Positions 1-19,210 of a stretch of 64,000 nucleotides of DNA are shown one piece after another. The notes beneath the pieces were generated by a model that searched no databases, was not told the origin of the DNA, and worked only from the letters and a program-made list of their open reading frames with translations. Each line of letters opens with the position of its first letter. Positions within the stretch are counted from its first letter, which is position 1. This stretch comes from Candidatus Aminicenantes bacterium (GTDB lineage: Bacteria > Acidobacteriota > Aminicenantia > Aminicenantales > Saccharicenantaceae), in NCBI GenBank assembly GCA_963805045.1, contig CAWDTC010000060.1, forward strand, positions 28,033 to 92,032, written 5' to 3'. A program made the position numbers and the translations under genes.

Positions 1-115
1 GACGACGGCCTCGTAGACGAGGTGGCCCTTGTCGGGATAGGCGAAGACGCTGTCCGGCAGCTCGACTTCGGCGGCCGGCTTTCCCGCTGCGGTCGAAAAC
101 TTGGAGTTTGCCCAT
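1..115 (-). CDS. rplD: 50S ribosomal protein L4, N-terminal part (runs off window; one apparent indel)
   Basis: ATG at 115 after GAGG; [35 protein letters not shown]; follows rplC in S10 order. Confidence 0.85.
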   Translation of the reverse strand, partial: MGKLQVFDRSGKAGRRSRAAGQRLRLSRQGPPRLRGRR

Positions 116-132
116 GGTGTCCTCTTTGCCGC

Positions 133-781
133 CTACTCGGCGCTCCGGGAGGCGAAGGCCTCCTTGCGGATCAGGAGGTAGGCCCCCCGGGCCCCGGGGA
201 CCGCGCCCTTGACCACGAGGAGGTTCTGGTCCTTGTCCGTCTCGACGACCGTGAGGTTGCGGACCGTGACCCGGTCGTGCGCCCATGTGCCCGCCCATCC
301 GCATGCCCTTGACGACGCGCGACGGGTAGGAGGAGGCGCCGATCGAGCCGGGGGCCCGGTGGAACATCGAGCCGTGGGCCGCGCCGCCGCCGGCGAAATG
401 GTGCCGCTTGACGACGCCGGCGAAGCCCTTGCCCTTGCTCGTCCCGCTGACGTGGATCGTCTCGCCGACGGCGAAGATGTCGACGAGGACCTGGTCGCCC
501 TCCTTGAGCTCCGCGGCGTCGGTCAGGCCGACCTCCTGGAGCTTGCGGACGACGGGGACGCCGGACTTCTTGAAATGCCCGACCTGGGCCTTGGCCGGCC
601 TCTTCTTCCCCTTGTCCTCGACGAAGCCGAGCTGGACGGCCAGGTAGCCGTCTTTCTCCGTGGTCTTCTTCTGGATGACCGTGCAGGGCCCGGCCTGGAT
701 GACGGTGACGGGGACGACGTTCCCGTCGTCGTCGAACCGCTGGCTCATGCCGATCTTCTTGCCGATCAACCCTTCGACCAT
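133..781 (-). CDS. rplC: 50S ribosomal protein L3 (one apparent indel near 290)
   Basis: Manual translation [54 protein letters not shown]; between rpsJ and rplD. Confidence 0.95.
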
Positions 782-784
782 GGC

Positions 785-1102
785 TCATTCTCCCGTCCCG
801 AAGGCCTGGATCTCGACGTCGATGCCGGCCGGCAGGTCGAGCTTCTGGAGCTCCTCGATCGTCTCGTTGTTGTACTCGCTGATGTCGATGAGCCGCTTGT
901 GGATCCTCATCTCGAAGTGCTCGCGGGACTTCTTGTCGACGTGCGGAGAACGGAGGACGCAGAACTTGTGGATGCGCGTCGGCAGGGGGATGGGGCCGGA
1001 GACGCTGGCGCCCGTCCGCTTGGCCTTGACGACGATGTCCTTGACCGATTGGTCCAGCAAGCGGTGGTCGAACGACTGCAGCCTGATTCGAATTTTTTCC
1101 AT
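785..1102 (-). CDS. rpsJ: 30S ribosomal protein S10
   Basis: [48 protein letters not shown]. Confidence 0.98.
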   Translation of the reverse strand: MEKIRIRLQSFDHRLLDQSVKDIVVKAKRTGASVSGPIPLPTRIHKFCVLRSPHVDKKSREHFEMRIHKRLIDISEYNNETIEELQKLDLPAGIDVEIQAFGTGE

Positions 1103-1169
1103 TGGCGTTCCTCTGTTCTCCGATCTCTTCCGAAGGGGCCGGTCCCGCGCGCGGCGGCCCCCGTCCGGG

Positions 1170-2372
1170 CTACTCGATGATCTCGGTCACGGTGCCGGCG
1201 CCGACGGTCCGTCCGCCCTCGCGGATGGCGAAGCGCAGGGCCTTCTCCATGGCGACGTCGGTGATCAGCTCGATCTCGAGGTTGACGTTGTCCCCCGGCA
1301 TGACCATCTCCACGTTCTCCGGCAGCTTGACCGAGCCCGTGACGTCCGTCGTCCGGAAGTAGAACTGCGGCCGGTAGCCCTTGAAGAACGGCGTGTGGCG
1401 GCCGCCCTCTTCCTTGGTCAGGGCGACGATCGTGGCCCGGAACTTCCGGTGCGGGGTGATGGAGCCCGGCTTGGCCAGGACCTGGCCGCGCTCGACCTCG
1501 TCCTTGCCGACGCCCCGGAGCAGGCAGCCGATGTTGTCGCCGGCCTGGGCCTGGTCGAGGAGCTTGCGGAACATCTCGACGCCCGTGACGACGGTCTTGC
1601 GCGTCTCGCGGAGCCCGACGATCTCGCACTCGTCGCCGACCTTGACGACGCCGCGCTCGACGCGGCCCGTGACGACGGTGCCGCGGCCCGTGATCGAGAA
1701 GACGTCCTCGATGGCCATCTGGAACGGCTTGTCGACCTCGCGGACCGGGGTCGGGATGAACTCGTCCATGGCCTTGATCAGCTCCCAGATGGACTTGGCG
1801 CCCTCGCCGTTCGGGTCTTCCAGGGCCTTGGTGGCGCTGCCGCGGATGACCGGCGTCTTGTCGCCGGGGAACTCGTACTTCGACAGCAGCTCGCGGACCT
1901 CGAGCTCGACGAGGTCGAGGATCTCGGGGTCGTCGACGAGGTCGCACTTGTTCATGAACACGACGATGGCCGGCACGTTGACCTGCCGGGCCAGCAGGAT
2001 GTGCTCCCGGGTCTGGGGCATGGGCCCGTCGGCCGCCGAAACGACGAGGACGGCGCCGTCCATCTGGGCCGCGCCGGAGATCATGTTCTTGATGTAGTCG
2101 GCGTGGCCGGGGCAGTCGATGTGGGCGTAGTGCCGCTTCTCGCTCTCGTATTCGACGTGGCTGAGGGCCACGGTCAGGATCTTCGTCGCGTCGCGGCGGA
2201 ACATCTTGGCGTCGGCCTTGGCCACTTCGTCGTAGCTCTTGGCCTGGGCCAGGCCTTTCGTCGCCAGGACCTTCGTCATGGCGGCCGTCAGCGTCGTCTT
2301 GCCGTGGTCGATGTGACCGATCGTGCCGACGTTGACGTGCGGTTTCGTCCTTTGGAATTTCTCCTTCGCCAT
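1170..2372 (-). CDS. tuf: Elongation factor Tu (str-operon copy, atypical switch I)
   Basis: [42 protein letters not shown]. Confidence 0.97.
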   Translation of the reverse strand: MAKEKFQRTKPHVNVGTIGHIDHGKTTLTAAMTKVLATKGLAQAKSYDEVAKADAKMFRRDATKILTVALSHVEYESEKRHYAHIDCPGHADYIKNMISGAAQMDGAVLVVSAADGPMPQTREHILLARQVNVPAIVVFMNKCDLVDDPEILDLVELEVRELLSKYEFPGDKTPVIRGSATKALEDPNGEGAKSIWELIKAMDEFIPTPVREVDKPFQMAIEDVFSITGRGTVVTGRVERGVVKVGDECEIVGLRETRKTVVTGVEMFRKLLDQAQAGDNIGCLLRGVGKDEVERGQVLAKPGSITPHRKFRATIVALTKEEGGRHTPFFKGYRPQFYFRTTDVTGSVKLPENVEMVMPGDNVNLEIELITDVAMEKALRFAIREGGRTVGAGTVTEIIE

Positions 2373-2421
2373 CGCTCACCTCCTGTTGGCGTTGTCTGAG
2401 TTGAAGGACATGTCGGACCTT

Positions 2422-4521
2422 TTATCCCTGATCCCGGGAGGGACCGCGTCCCTCGATCCGGGCCACGATCTCGTTCTGGACCTGGGCCGGGGTCTTCTCG
2501 TACTGCGAGAACTCCATGCTGAAGACGCCCCGGCCCTGGGTCAGCGTCCGCAGGACCGTGGCGTAACCGAACATCTCCGCGAGCGGCACATGGACCCGGA
2601 TGACCCGGGAGCCGCTCCGCATCTCCATGCCCTCGACCTTGCCGCGCCGGGCGTTGATGTCGCCGACGACGTCGCCGAGGTACTCGTCCGGGCAGATGAC
2701 CTCGAGCCTCATCACCGGCTCGAGGAGGACCGGCCCCGCCTTCCGGGCGGCCTCCCGGAAGGCCAGGGACGCCGCGACCTTGTAGGCCAAGGGCGTCGAC
2801 TCGCTCTCGCGGTAGGAGCCGCCGACGAGGGTCACCTTGACGTCGGTCACGGGGTAGCCGGCGACGAGGCCGCCCTCGATCGCCTCCCGGACGCCGTTCT
2901 CGACGTCGCCCAGGAACTCCCGGGGAATGGCCCCGCCCCGCGTCGCGTCGGCGAACGCGACGCCGCGGCCGCGCCCGAGGGGCTCGACCCGCAGGACGCA
3001 GTGCCCGAAGACGTCCTTGCCGCCGATCGGACGGGCGTACTTCGCCTCGCCCTCGGCCGGGGCCTGGATCGTCTCTTTGTAGGCGACCTGCGGCTTTCCC
3101 AGGTTGGCCTGGACGCCGAACTCCCGCTCCAGCCGGTCCATGAGGATCTCGAGGTGGAGCTCTCCCATGCCGCGGAGGAGCGTCTGGCCGGTCATGCGGT
3201 CCTGCTCGATGACGACGGTCGGGTCCTCCTGCCTGAGCTTGGCCAGGGCCTGGTCGAGCTTGGCGTGGGCCGACTTCGACTTGGGCTCGATCGTCGCCGA
3301 GACGACCGGCTCGGGGAAGCGGATCGTCTCGAGGACGACGGGATGGTTCTTGAGGCAGAGGGTGTCGCCCGTATCGACCTTCTTCGTCAGGGCCATGGCG
3401 GCGATGTCGCCCGCCGCGATCTCCTTGACCTCGGTCTTCTTGTTGGCGTGGACCTCGAACAGGCGGGAGAGCTTGACGTCCTCCTCCTTGGTCGAGTTGT
3501 AGACGGCCTGGCCGAGCTTGGCCTTGCCGGAGTAGACCCGGAAGTAGGCCAGGCTGCCCAGGAACGGGTCGCTCATGATCTTGAAGACGAGCCCGGAGAA
3601 GGGAGCGTCGTCGGAGGCCGGCCGCGTCTCGGCGGCCCCGGTCCTCGGATGATGGCCCTCGACCGGCGGGATGTCCACGGGCGAGGGCAGGTAGTCGACG
3701 ACGGCGTCGAGGAGCGGGTGGACGCCTTTGTTCCGGAACGAGGCGCCGTAGAGGACGGGAACGAAGCGCAGGCCGATGGTGCCCCGGCGGACGGCCGCCT
3801 TGATCTCCGGCACCGTGACCTCGACGCCGTCGACGTACTTCTGCATCAACGCGTCGTCGGTCTCGCTCAGAATCTCGATCATCTCCTGTCTCTTCTTCCT
3901 GACGTCCTCCCGGAACTCCTCCGAGACGTCCCGGACGACGAAATCCGTCGCCTGGATGGCCCGGCCCCAGTCGATCTCCTTCTCCTCGATGAGGTCGATG
4001 ACACCGCGGAAGCCATCTTCCCGCCCCAGGGGAAGCTGGACCGGCAGGGGCTTGGCCGCCACCCGGGCCCTCAACTGCTCGATGGCCCTCTCGGGATCGG
4101 CCCCGATCCTGTCCATCTTGTTGATGAACACGATGCGGGGGACCCGATACTTGTCGGCCTGGCGCCACACTGTCTCGGACTGCGGTTCGACGCCGCCAAC
4201 TCCACACAGTATGGCTATCGCGCCGTCGAGCACCCTCAAGGAGCGCTCGACCTCCGCGGTGAAATCCACGTGACCCGGCGTATCAATGATATTGATACGG
4301 TGGTCTCTCCACGTGCACGTCGTGGCGGCCGAGGTGATGGTGATCCCTCGCTCCTGCTCCTGGACCATCCAGTCCATCACGGCCGTCCCGTCGTCCACCT
4401 CGCCCATCTTGTAGGTCATACCCGTGTAATACAGGATCCGCTCCGTGGTCGTGGTCTTCCCGGCATCGATATGGGCCATGATGCCGATGTTCCTCACTCG
4501 TTCGATCGGGTATGACCGCAT
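2422..4521 (-). CDS. fusA: Elongation factor G (divergent domain IV)
   Basis: [33 protein letters not shown]; between rpsG and tuf. Confidence 0.96.
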   Translation of the reverse strand: MRSYPIERVRNIGIMAHIDAGKTTTTERILYYTGMTYKMGEVDDGTAVMDWMVQEQERGITITSAATTCTWRDHRINIIDTPGHVDFTAEVERSLRVLDGAIAILCGVGGVEPQSETVWRQADKYRVPRIVFINKMDRIGADPERAIEQLRARVAAKPLPVQLPLGREDGFRGVIDLIEEKEIDWGRAIQATDFVVRDVSEEFREDVRKKRQEMIEILSETDDALMQKYVDGVEVTVPEIKAAVRRGTIGLRFVPVLYGASFRNKGVHPLLDAVVDYLPSPVDIPPVEGHHPRTGAAETRPASDDAPFSGLVFKIMSDPFLGSLAYFRVYSGKAKLGQAVYNSTKEEDVKLSRLFEVHANKKTEVKEIAAGDIAAMALTKKVDTGDTLCLKNHPVVLETIRFPEPVVSATIEPKSKSAHAKLDQALAKLRQEDPTVVIEQDRMTGQTLLRGMGELHLEILMDRLEREFGVQANLGKPQVAYKETIQAPAEGEAKYARPIGGKDVFGHCVLRVEPLGRGRGVAFADATRGGAIPREFLGDVENGVREAIEGGLVAGYPVTDVKVTLVGGSYRESESTPLAYKVAASLAFREAARKAGPVLLEPVMRLEVICPDEYLGDVVGDINARRGKVEGMEMRSGSRVIRVHVPLAEMFGYATVLRTLTQGRGVFSMEFSQYEKTPAQVQNEIVARIEGRGPSRDQG

Positions 4522-4574
4522 GAACCCTACTCTTCCCTTCGAACCGGACCACGCCCAAAACTCTCAAGATCCCG

Positions 4575-5045
4575 TTACCATTTATAATGAGCGAAAGCCC
4601 TGTTGGACTCCGCCATCTTGTGCGTGTCTTCCCTCTTCTTGACCGCGCCGCCCCGGTTGTTGAGGGCGTCGATGATCTCGGCGGAGAGCTTCTCCTGCAT
4701 GCTCTTGCCGCTCCGCTCCCGCGCGTAGTGGAGGAGCCAGCGGACGCCGAGGGACACCGAGCGTCCGGCCGGGACCTCGATCGGGACCTGGTAGTTGGCC
4801 CCGCCGACCCGCCGCGATTTCGTCTCGAGGAGCGGCCGGACGTTCTCCAGGGCCTTCTCCAGGGACTTCAAGGGGTCTTCCTTGGTCTTCTGCTGGACGA
4901 TATCCATCGTCCCGTAGAAGACGCGCTCGGCCGTGCTCTTCTTGCCCTTGCGGAGGAGAAGGTTGATGAACCGGGCGGCCATGGTGCTGTTGTAGAGCGA
5001 GTCGACTGGGGCCTTCCTCTTCTTGATCGTTCCGCGTCTCGGCAT
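4575..5045 (-). CDS. rpsG: 30S ribosomal protein S7
   Basis: MPRRG..GKKSTAE..SRRVGGANYQVP..HKMAESNRAFAHY. Confidence 0.98.
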   Translation of the reverse strand: MPRRGTIKKRKAPVDSLYNSTMAARFINLLLRKGKKSTAERVFYGTMDIVQQKTKEDPLKSLEKALENVRPLLETKSRRVGGANYQVPIEVPAGRSVSLGVRWLLHYARERSGKSMQEKLSAEIIDALNNRGGAVKKREDTHKMAESNRAFAHYKW

Positions 5046-5059
5046 GGTATCTCTCCTGG

Positions 5060-5443
5060 CTAGGCCTTCTTCTCCTTGGGTCTCTTGGCCCCATACCGGG
5101 AACGCGCCTTGAACCGGCTCTGGACGCCTTCGCAGTCGAGCGTGCCGCGGATGATGTGGTAGCGGACGCCGGGCAGGTCCTTGACCCGGCCGCCCCGGAT
5201 GAGGACGATCGAGTGCTCCTGGAGGTTGTGCCCGACGCCGGGGATGTAGCCCGTGACTTCGATGTTATTGGTCAGGCGCACCCTGGCCACCTTCCGCATG
5301 GCCGAATTCGGCTTCTTGGGAGTGGTCGTGAAGACGCGCGTGCAGACGCCGCGCTTCTGGGGGCAGGCCTCCAGGGCCGGCGACTTGCTCTTGGCCTTCC
5401 TGAGCGCCCGTCCATTCCTGACGAGTTGGTTGACGGTCGGCAA
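5060..5443 (-). CDS. rpsL: 30S ribosomal protein S12 (TTG start)
   Basis: [33 protein letters not shown]. Confidence 0.98.
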   Translation of the reverse strand: MPTVNQLVRNGRALRKAKSKSPALEACPQKRGVCTRVFTTTPKKPNSAMRKVARVRLTNNIEVTGYIPGVGHNLQEHSIVLIRGGRVKDLPGVRYHIIRGTLDCEGVQSRFKARSRYGAKRPKEKKA

Positions 5444-5521
5444 TTACAAATACTCCTCTGTCCGAATTTTCCGATGGAGCTTATTCATCCCCTGGAAGAT
5501 AGTCCGGAGGCGAATATCGGA

Positions 5522-5550
5522 ATATTAGCAAAAATTGCTAATCCTGTCAA
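5522..5550 (-). promoter_or_regulatory. Sigma70-type promoter of the str operon, with a palindrome in the spacer
   Basis: Minus strand TTGACA-17 nt-TAATAT; spacer overlaps ATTAGCAA-AAA-TTGCTAAT. Confidence 0.7.
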
Positions 5551-5587
5551 GAAAAATGAAGCCGATCCCTGGCCGGCGTTCCCGGCC

Positions 5588-14031
<8,444 letters not shown>

Positions 14032-14111
14032 GCTGGCTCTCTCATCAAGAGTTTATCCTCTCCTGAGTCCGTCCCGCCCGGGACGGTGGCTCAGCCGACC
14101 GCTGTCCCCGC

Positions 14112-14495
14112 CTACTGAAGTTCGATGGCGGCCCCGACCTCGGCGAATTTCGCCTTGATCGCTTCGGCCTCTTCCTTGGTCACGCCCTCTTTGAGCGGCT
14201 TGGGGGCGCCGTCGACGAGGTCCTTCGCTTCCTTGAGGCCGAGGCTGGTGACCTCGCGGACGACCTTGATGACGTTGATCTTCTTGTCGCCCACGGACTT
14301 CAGGATGACGTTGAAGGAGGTCTTCTCCTCGGCCGGCTTGGCCTCGGCCTGCGGAGCGGCCCCTCCGGCCATCATGACGGGGGCGGCGGCGCTGATGCCG
14401 TACCGGGTCTCGAACTCCTTGATGTAGTCCGAGAGCTCCAGGATCGTCAGGCTGTCCAGGTGCTCGAAGAACTGTTCCTTGGTGAGTTTTTCCAT
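14112..14495 (-). CDS. rplL: 50S ribosomal protein L7/L12
   Basis: [45 protein letters not shown]. Confidence 0.96.
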   Translation of the reverse strand: MEKLTKEQFFEHLDSLTILELSDYIKEFETRYGISAAAPVMMAGGAAPQAEAKPAEEKTSFNVILKSVGDKKINVIKVVREVTSLGLKEAKDLVDGAPKPLKEGVTKEEAEAIKAKFAEVGAAIELQ

Positions 14496-14542
14496 GTCAC
14501 GAGTCTCCTTTGTTTGGGCTTGGGTCGTTCGGACCTCAATCG

Positions 14543-15068
14543 TTATTGTCCGTCCGGTTTCTTGGTCTTGAGCTGGCCGAGCAGGTTCCCCATGTTCCCC
14601 AGGGGGGCCTGCAGGGTCCGCAGGAATCGGGTCAGCGGCGAGGCGATCAGGAACCCGATCTTGGCCAGGAGGTCCTGGCGGGACGAGAGCTTGGCGAGGT
14701 CGTCGAAGCGCTCGGAGGCCAGGTACTGCCCCTCGACGACGCCGGCCTTGACGGCCAGGACCTTCCCCTGCGCGGAGAAGTCCTTGAGGGCCTTGGCCAG
14801 GCCGATGGGGTTGTCGGCGGCGAAGGCGACGGCCGTCGGCTTCTCGAAGAACGGCTTCGACCTCGGCCGGGCACTTGTCGCGCAGGGCCCGCAGGGCCAG
14901 CCGGTTCTTGACGACCTTGTAGACGAAGCCGTTCTTCCGGAGGATCTTCCGGAGCTCGACCGTCTGGGAGACTTTCATCCGCTTGAAGTCGACCAGATAG
15001 AACGTGCTGTGGCTGTCGAGGGCGGCCTCGAGGCTCTTGACGACGTCGGACTTCGTTTCCTTCTTCAC
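14543..15068 (-). CDS. rplJ: 50S ribosomal protein L10 (apparent frameshift near 14860)
   Basis: GTG start; [32 protein letters not shown]; between rplA and rplL. Confidence 0.92.
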
Positions 15069-15079
15069 GACGGTCTCTC

Positions 15080-15779
15080 CTATTTCTCCAGGATGTCCTC
15101 GGCGATGCGGAACGACGGCCCCATCGTCGACGAGAGGAACATGCTCCGCACGTACTTCCCCTTGGCCGCCGGCGGCTTGGCGTGGAGGATGGCCTGGATG
15201 AAGGTCTTGACGTTCTCGGCGAGCTTGTCCTCGGCGAAGGAGACCTTGCCGACGGTGTTGTGGACGATGCTCGTCTTGTCGACGCGGAACTCGACCTTGC
15301 CGGCCTTCGTCTCCTCGACGGCCTTCTTGATGTCGAAGGTCACCGTGCCGGACTTCGGGTTGGGCATCAGCCCCTTCGTGCCCAGGATCCGGCCGAGCTT
15401 TCCGACGCCGCGCATGACGTCGGGGGTGGCGATGACGACGTCGAAGTCGATCCAGCCGCCGGCGATCTTCTCGATGAGGTCGTCGCCGCCGGCGTAGTCG
15501 GCCCCGGCCTCCTCGGCCTCCTTGATCTTCTCCCCGGCCGCGATGACGCAGATCTTCTTCGTCTTGCCCGTGCCGTGGGGCAGGACGACCGTGCCGCGGA
15601 CCATCTGGTCCGAGTACTTGGGGTTGACGCCCAGCCGGATCGACATGTCGACGGACTCGTCGAACTTGGCGTAGTGGGCCTTCTTGAGCAGGGCGACGGC
15701 CTCCTCGACGGAGTATTCCCGGGCCTCCGGCCCCTTGAGTCTCCCTGGCCTTGACGTAGTTCTTGCCGCGCTTATTCAC
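15080..15779 (-). CDS. rplA: 50S ribosomal protein L1 (apparent frameshift near 15735)
   Basis: [42 protein letters not shown]. Confidence 0.96.
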
Positions 15780-16204
15780 TGACGATCTCCAATCCCATGT
15801 TCTTGGCGGTGCCCTCGATGATCTTCTTGGCCGCCTCGACGTCGTAGGCGTTGAGGTCGGGGAGCTTCGTCCGGGCGATGTCCTCGATCTGCTTCCAGGT
15901 CACCGTCCCGACCTTGTCCTTGTTCGGGGCGCCGGAGCCCTTGGCGATCCCGGCCGCCTTCTTCAGGAGGTAGGAGGCCGGCGGCGTCTTGAGGATGAAG
16001 TTGAAGGACTTGTCCTTGAAGACGGTGATGAGGACGGGGACGACGGTCCCCTCGTCCATCTTGCCCGTCCGCTCGTTGAACTCCCGGACGAACTGCATGA
16101 TGTTGACGCCGTGCTGGCCCAGGGCGGGCCCGACGGGCGGGGCGGGGCTGGCCTGGCCGGCGACGATCTCGCAGCTTGATTTTCGCGACGATTTCTTTCG
16201 ACAT
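15772..16204 (-). CDS. rplK: 50S ribosomal protein L11 (apparent frameshift near 16170)
   Basis: [43 protein letters not shown]. Confidence 0.96.
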
Positions 16205-16213
16205 CTCGTCCTC

Positions 16214-16744
16214 CTAAAGCTTTTCCACCTGCAGGAACTCGAGCTCGACGGGCGTCGACCGGCCGAAGATGGTCACCAGGACCTTGAGCGTGCTCCGCTC
16301 GTGGTTGACCTCCTCGACGATGCCGTTGAAGTTGAAGAAGGGGCCGTCGATGATCCGGACGGCCTCGCCCTTCTCGAAGGAGTGCTTGGGCTTGGGCTTC
16401 TCCGAGGTCGTCTCCATGTGCTCGACGATCTGCCCCACCTCCTTCTTGCTCAAGGGAGTGGGGGTCCGGCCGGAGCCGACGAAGCCCGTGACCTTCGGGA
16501 CCTGCCGGATCATGAGCCAGTTCTCGTCGCTCATCTCCATCTCGACGAGGATGTAGCCCGGGTAGGAGCGCTTCGTCGAGACGACCTTCTTCCCGGCGCG
16601 GATCTCGATGACGTCCTCGGTCGGGATGATGATCTGGCCGACTTGGTCCTCGATGTGGAGCTCAGCGGCCTTCTGCTTGATGGACTCCGCCACGAACTTC
16701 TCGAACCCCGAGTAAGTATGGACAACGTACCAGTTCTTTGCCAT
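16214..16744 (-). CDS. nusG: Transcription factor NusG
   Basis: [38 protein letters not shown]. Confidence 0.98.
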   Translation of the reverse strand: MAKNWYVVHTYSGFEKFVAESIKQKAAELHIEDQVGQIIIPTEDVIEIRAGKKVVSTKRSYPGYILVEMEMSDENWLMIRQVPKVTGFVGSGRTPTPLSKKEVGQIVEHMETTSEKPKPKHSFEKGEAVRIIDGPFFNFNGIVEEVNHERSTLKVLVTIFGRSTPVELEFLQVEKL

Positions 16745-16763
16745 CGCGCGATCCCTCTGTGAA

Positions 16764-16976
16764 TTACCCGAACAGGCCCTGGACCTTGCCGATGAGCCAG
16801 GAGAAGACGACGTCCATGAGGAACAGGTAGAACCCGAAGAAGATCGTCGCCGCGATGACGACGATGGTCGTGCTGATGACCTCCGGCCGGGCCGGCCAGG
16901 TGACCTTCTTCAGCTCCGACCGGACGTCCTTCAGGAAGTTCCCGAACCGTTTGTACCAACGGATCTTGTCATTCAT
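16764..16976 (-). CDS. secE: Preprotein translocase SecE
   Basis: ELKKVTWP motif followed by one TM helix; upstream of nusG. Confidence 0.95.
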   Translation of the reverse strand: MNDKIRWYKRFGNFLKDVRSELKKVTWPARPEVISTTIVVIAATIFFGFYLFLMDVVFSWLIGKVQGLFG

Positions 16977-17036
16977 GGTGTCCCTCTCCCGGCGCCCCCG
17001 GCCGGGGCCGTCCGGGACGGCCGGGCCTGGGGGAAA

Positions 17037-17112
<76 letters not shown>

Positions 17113-17128
17113 GTCCCTCCGTCGAGCC

Positions 17129-17278
17129 CTACTTGACTTCCTTGTGCAGCGTGTGCTTCCGGCAGAACGGGCAGAACTTCTTGATCTCGAGCTTGTCCGT
17201 CTGCTTCTTCTTGTTCCGCGTCGTCGAATAGTTCCGGCGCTTGCAGTCGCCGCACTGGAGCGTGATGATCTCGCGCAT
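17129..17278 (-). CDS. rpmG: 50S ribosomal protein L33 (zinc-binding C+ type)
   Basis: [49 protein letters not shown]. Confidence 0.96.
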   Translation of the reverse strand: MREIITLQCGDCKRRNYSTTRNKKKQTDKLEIKKFCPFCRKHTLHKEVK

Positions 17279-17319
17279 GTTCGGTCCTTCCCTCGTTCAC
17301 TCCTCGCCGTCCGCCGGCC

Positions 17320-18520
17320 CTAGTCGAGGACCTCCGTGACGGTGCCGGCCCCGACCGTCCGCCCGCCCTCGCGGATGGCGAACCGCAGGGCCTTTCTCCA
17401 GGGCGACGTCCGTGAGCAGCTCGATCTCCAGGTTGACGTTGTCGCCGGGCATGACCATCTCGACGCCGTCGACGAGCTTGACGGCCCCGGTCACGTCCGT
17501 CGTCCGGAGGTAGAACTGCGGCCGGTAGCCGCTGAAGAACGGCGTGTGCCGCCCGCCCTCTTCCTTCTTCAGGACGTAGATCTCCGCCCGGAACTTCCGG
17601 TGCGGCCGGATCGAGCCCGGCTTCGCCAGGACCATGCCGCGCTCGACCTCGTTCTTGTCGGTCCCCCCGAGGAGGACGCCGACGTTGTCGCCGGCCAGCC
17701 CCTCGTCGAGGATCTTGCGGAACATCTCGACCCCGGTCACGACCTTCCGCCTCGTCTCGCGGAAGCCGACGACCTCGACCTCCTCGTCGACCAGGACCCG
17801 CCCCCGCTCGACGCGGCCGGTCACGACGGTGCCGCGCCCGGAGACGGTGAAGACGTCCTCGATGGGCATGAGGAACGGCAGGTCGACGGCCCGGACCGGG
17901 TCCGGGACGAACGTGTCGACCGCGTCCATGAGCTCGAGGACCTTCCGGTTCCAGGGGTTCGCCGGGTCGCCGTCGGACTGCATGGCCAGGAGCGCGGAGC
18001 CGCGGATGACGGGCGTCCGGGCGCCGGGGAATCCGTAGCGCGTCAGCAGGTCCCGGATCTCGAGCTCGACGAGGTCGAGGATCTCGGGGTCGCCGACGAG
18101 GTCGACCTTGTTCAGGAAGACGACGATGGCCGGCACGTTGACCTGCCGGGCGAGCAGGATGTGCTCCCGGGTCTGGGGCATGGGGCCGTCGTCGGCGGCC
18201 ACGACCAGGATCGAGCCGTCCATCTGCGCCGCGCCTGTGATCATGTTCTTGATGTAGTCCGCGTGCCCCGGGCAGTCGATGTGCGCGTAGTGCCGTTTCG
18301 CCGTCTCGTACTCGATATGGGCGATGTTGATGGTCACGCCGCGCTCCCGCTCCTCCGGGGCGTTGTCGATCTGGTCGTAGGCCCGGAACTCGTTCGCCGC
18401 GTTGGCCTTCGACAGCACCCGGGTGATGGCCGAGGTCAACGTCGTCTTGCCATGGTCCACGTGGCCGATCGTGCCGATGTTGACGTGAGGCTTGGTTCTT
18501 TCGAACTTCCTCTTGGCCAT
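17320..18520 (-). CDS. tuf: Elongation factor Tu, canonical copy in the tRNA (tufB-type) operon (apparent frameshift near 17395)
   Basis: [38 protein letters not shown]; ends [10 protein letters not shown]. Confidence 0.96.
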
Positions 18521-18572
18521 ACTTTCATTCCTCCGGGCGTCCTATCTTCTGGACCGCCGTCTCTGAATAGAA

Positions 18573-18645
18573 AGCCCAAGACCAGAGTTGAACTGGTGAC
18601 CCCGTCCTTACCAAGGACGTGCTCTGCCAACTGAGCTACTTGGGC
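18573..18645 (-). tRNA. tRNA-Thr (GGT)
   Basis: GCCCAAGTAGCTCAGTTGGCAGAGC, anticodon arm CGTCC-TTGGTAA-GGACG, GTTCAA T-loop; no encoded CCA. Confidence 0.95.
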
Positions 18646-18663
18646 CCGCGACACTCGTCGAAG

Positions 18664-18737
<74 letters not shown>

Positions 18738-18741
18738 GAAG

Positions 18742-18824
18742 TGGGCAGGGAAGGATTCGAACCTCCGAAGCGTTTCCGCAGCGGGTTTACAGCCCGCCCC
18801 ATTTGGCCACTCTGGAACCTGCCC
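18742..18824 (-). tRNA. tRNA-Tyr (GTA)
   Basis: GCGGG-CTGTAAA-CCCGC anticodon arm, long variable arm, GGTTCGAATCC. Confidence 0.95.
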
Positions 18825-18930
18825 AGCTTTTGCACCATCCTCGATGATCCTCTTCTGCGTCCTGAATGGGAACTCCCGCCGCCGGCCGGGTTGGTCCCTC
18901 GTCAGGATGTCCGCTCGATCGCCGCATCAA

Positions 18931-19004
18931 AGCCAGCGAAGGGATTCGAACCCCTGACCCGCTGATTACAAATCAGCCGCTCTACCTGACTGAGCTACGC
19001 TGGC
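18931..19004 (-). tRNA. tRNA-Thr (TGT)
   Basis: CTGAT-TTGTA-ATCAG anticodon region, GGTTCGAATCC; completes the classical Thr-Tyr-Gly-Thr-tuf order. Confidence 0.95.
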
Positions 19005-19148
19005 GCACCGTCATTCGGGAAGTGCCGAATTCCGCGCGGTCGCGGAGAAGTACAGAAGAAGCGCTGAAAAATAAAAAAGTTTTCTCCTCGAGCTCGAAGT
19101 TGTTCTTTTTCAGAGAGTTAGTCTGAAAACGACAGAACCGCACGAATT

Positions 19149-19177
19149 ATGTTATACGAAATCCCCCCGCCTGTCAA
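19149..19177 (-). promoter_or_regulatory. Sigma70-type promoter of the tRNA-tuf operon
   Basis: Minus strand TTGACA-17 nt-TAACAT (overlapping TATAAC). Confidence 0.7.
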
Positions 19178-19210
19178 GGGGGCGCCTCGAATTTTCAGGG
19201 GGCGGCGCCC

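Noticed and set aside
14112-15779. 555-aa ORF joining L1, L10 and L7/L12 pieces
   Set aside because: Product of indels; each gene has its own start and stop
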